Positions 17,894-19,165 of a stretch of 19,165 nucleotides of DNA are shown here, piece by piece. Origin of the DNA: Candidatus Heimdallarchaeota archaeon (GTDB taxonomy: Archaea > Asgardarchaeota > Heimdallarchaeia > Hodarchaeales > Hodarchaeaceae); the NCBI GenBank assembly GCA_020353515.1, contig CP070695.1:193683-212847 (forward strand), read 5' to 3'. The position numbers and the translations under genes are program-made. Positions within the stretch are counted from its first letter, which is position 1. Each line of letters begins with the position of its first letter. The notes under the pieces were generated by a model that saw only the letters and a program-made list of their open reading frames with translations, did no database searches and was not told the DNA's origin.

Positions 17894-18187
17894 AATAACC
17901 AACTTTTTAATCCGTCTGATAACGTCTATTTCAAAATGAGGAAGCAAAATAACCAAAGACAGAGTGCTAAATGGCGAATAGATTCTTTGGAATTTGAATA
18001 TTTTGTTATTATTATTTCTTAAAATTGATATGAACTGTAAGTGAAAAAAAATGAAGATGAAACAAATTTTTATAAAATCTCAAGATTAAGATTCGCCTGA
18101 AATAATGAATAAGTACTTTGATCTTTCTCCTAGATGATTACCAAGGGATATCATGTCTAAGTTTCAGAGACAATAGGTGACGAATTA

Positions 18188-18745
18188 ATGGAAGATAACA
18201 ATAGCTCAAAAAAACAAGATTTCAATGAACATATAGACAATCGACCTAAAACTAATCATTCCCAGTTGAAAAATCAATTAAAATTAAGAGAAGTCAAAAA
18301 AGATGATGTGACATTTTTATTTGAGCTTAGAAATGACCCTTCAGTAAGAGAATCATCTTTTCATGTAGAACCAATTGGTCTCACGGATCATAAGAAATGG
18401 TTTCAAGAGAAATTAAAAGCTAAAAATAGTCTAATTTTAATTGCTGAATATGGAGAGCAACGAGTTGGACAGATAAGATTTGATATAGGTGAAATGGCAA
18501 ATAGAGCGGAAGTAAGTATTGGAGTTCTACCAAAATTTAGGCAAAAAGGATTTGGGGTGAAAATTTTAAAGATAGGTTGTAAACTTGCATCTAAAAATCT
18601 TCAAATCAGTAGCATCAATGCCTTCATTAAAAAAGAGAATCTTATTTCTATAAGAACTTTTTCTAAGGCTGGTTTCGAGAAAAAAGGTTATTTAGAGTAT
18701 AAAGGATACCATTCTATGGAAATGGAGTTGGATGTCAGCAAATAA
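18188..18745 (+). CDS. GNAT N-acetyltransferase (PseH-like, or like the GNAT fused to PseG)
   Basis: LRNDPSVRESSF, HKKWF, VGQIRFD, AEVSIGV, RQKGFG, and N..S...F.KAGF. AGGTGA lies upstream at 18175-18180. Confidence 0.85.
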   Translation: MEDNNSSKKQDFNEHIDNRPKTNHSQLKNQLKLREVKKDDVTFLFELRNDPSVRESSFHVEPIGLTDHKKWFQEKLKAKNSLILIAEYGEQRVGQIRFDIGEMANRAEVSIGVLPKFRQKGFGVKILKIGCKLASKNLQISSINAFIKKENLISIRTFSKAGFEKKGYLEYKGYHSMEMELDVSK

Positions 18746-18779
18746 ATAGATTAGCTATATTCGAGGACGAGGAAAAGTA

Positions 18780-19165
18780 ATGAAAGCTCTCGTGACTGGG
18801 GGTGCAGGATTTATTGGTCGTTGGCTTGTAAAGAGGTTACTTGACGCCAAAAATTATGTTATTGCCTTGGATGATCTTTCTAACGGAAGAAAAGAAAACA
18901 TTGCTGAGTTTGAAGGTAATTTGTCTTTTGAATTTGTCAAAGGGGATATCAGAGAAGAAAGCTTGATTGATAGCCTGCAATTTGATGATTGTGACATCGT
19001 TTATCATTTAGCTGCAGAAATAAATGTTCAAAAATCACTTGATAATCCTTCTGAAACATTTCAAAGAGATGTTGTAGGCACATTTAACATTTTAGAGCAA
19101 TGTAGAACTTTCAAAGTGAAATTTGTATTTGTCTCTAGTTGTATGGTTTATGATAAGTCTTTTGA
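18780..19165 (+). CDS. NAD-dependent epimerase/dehydratase (extended SDR), truncated by the window edge
   Basis: Not in the ORF track. Translated by hand: MKALVTGGAGFIGRWLVKRLL...LDDLSNG...GDIR...YHLAAEINVQKS...GTFNILE...FVSSCMVY. GAGG motifs lie upstream. Confidence 0.92.
   Translation, partial: MKALVTGGAGFIGRWLVKRLLDAKNYVIALDDLSNGRKENIAEFEGNLSFEFVKGDIREESLIDSLQFDDCDIVYHLAAEINVQKSLDNPSETFQRDVVGTFNILEQCRTFKVKFVFVSSCMVYDKSF

Noticed and set aside
2527-18022. Other 60-83 aa ORFs in the track (2527, 6502, 7525, 8168, 8944, 10371, 13454, 14410, 16182, 16893, 17771)
   Set aside because: Each overlaps a well-supported CDS and has no recognisable domain.
1-19165. CRISPR arrays, tRNA/rRNA, IS elements, integrases
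   Set aside because: By eye there are no periodic repeats, GC-rich structured RNA segments or transposase/recombinase motifs, and all intergenic gaps are under 300 bp.

Overview
AT-rich, gene-dense prokaryotic window with two parts. Several features point to an archaeal host, possibly Asgard, but this is inference only. (1) 1-5.8 kb: a small membrane protein, a stand-alone GT-B glycosyltransferase-like gene and a methionine/SAM module. In that module an XRE-HTH/CBS-pair regulator is transcribed divergently from a two-gene 'split' MetE-like methionine synthase and a bacterial/eukaryotic-type metK, with overlapping palindromes in the shared promoter. (2) 5.9-19.2 kb: a strand-alternating surface-glycan cluster. 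It holds a nonulosonic-acid set: a short NeuB with no SAF domain, a KDN-9-P-phosphatase-like HAD, a CMP-synthetase, a Gfo/Idh/MocA plus SDR redox pair, and a DUF115/Maf-like candidate transferase. It also encodes a WecC-like dehydrogenase, a WecB-like 2-epimerase, an ATP-grasp ligase with two deacetylases, a GT4, a GNAT and a truncated NAD-dependent epimerase. I saw no RNA genes, CRISPR arrays or mobile elements. Best candidates for undescribed systems: a protein-based SAM-sensing Met/SAM regulon, and a phosphorylated KDN-type sialic-acid pathway coupled to an epimerising redox module.
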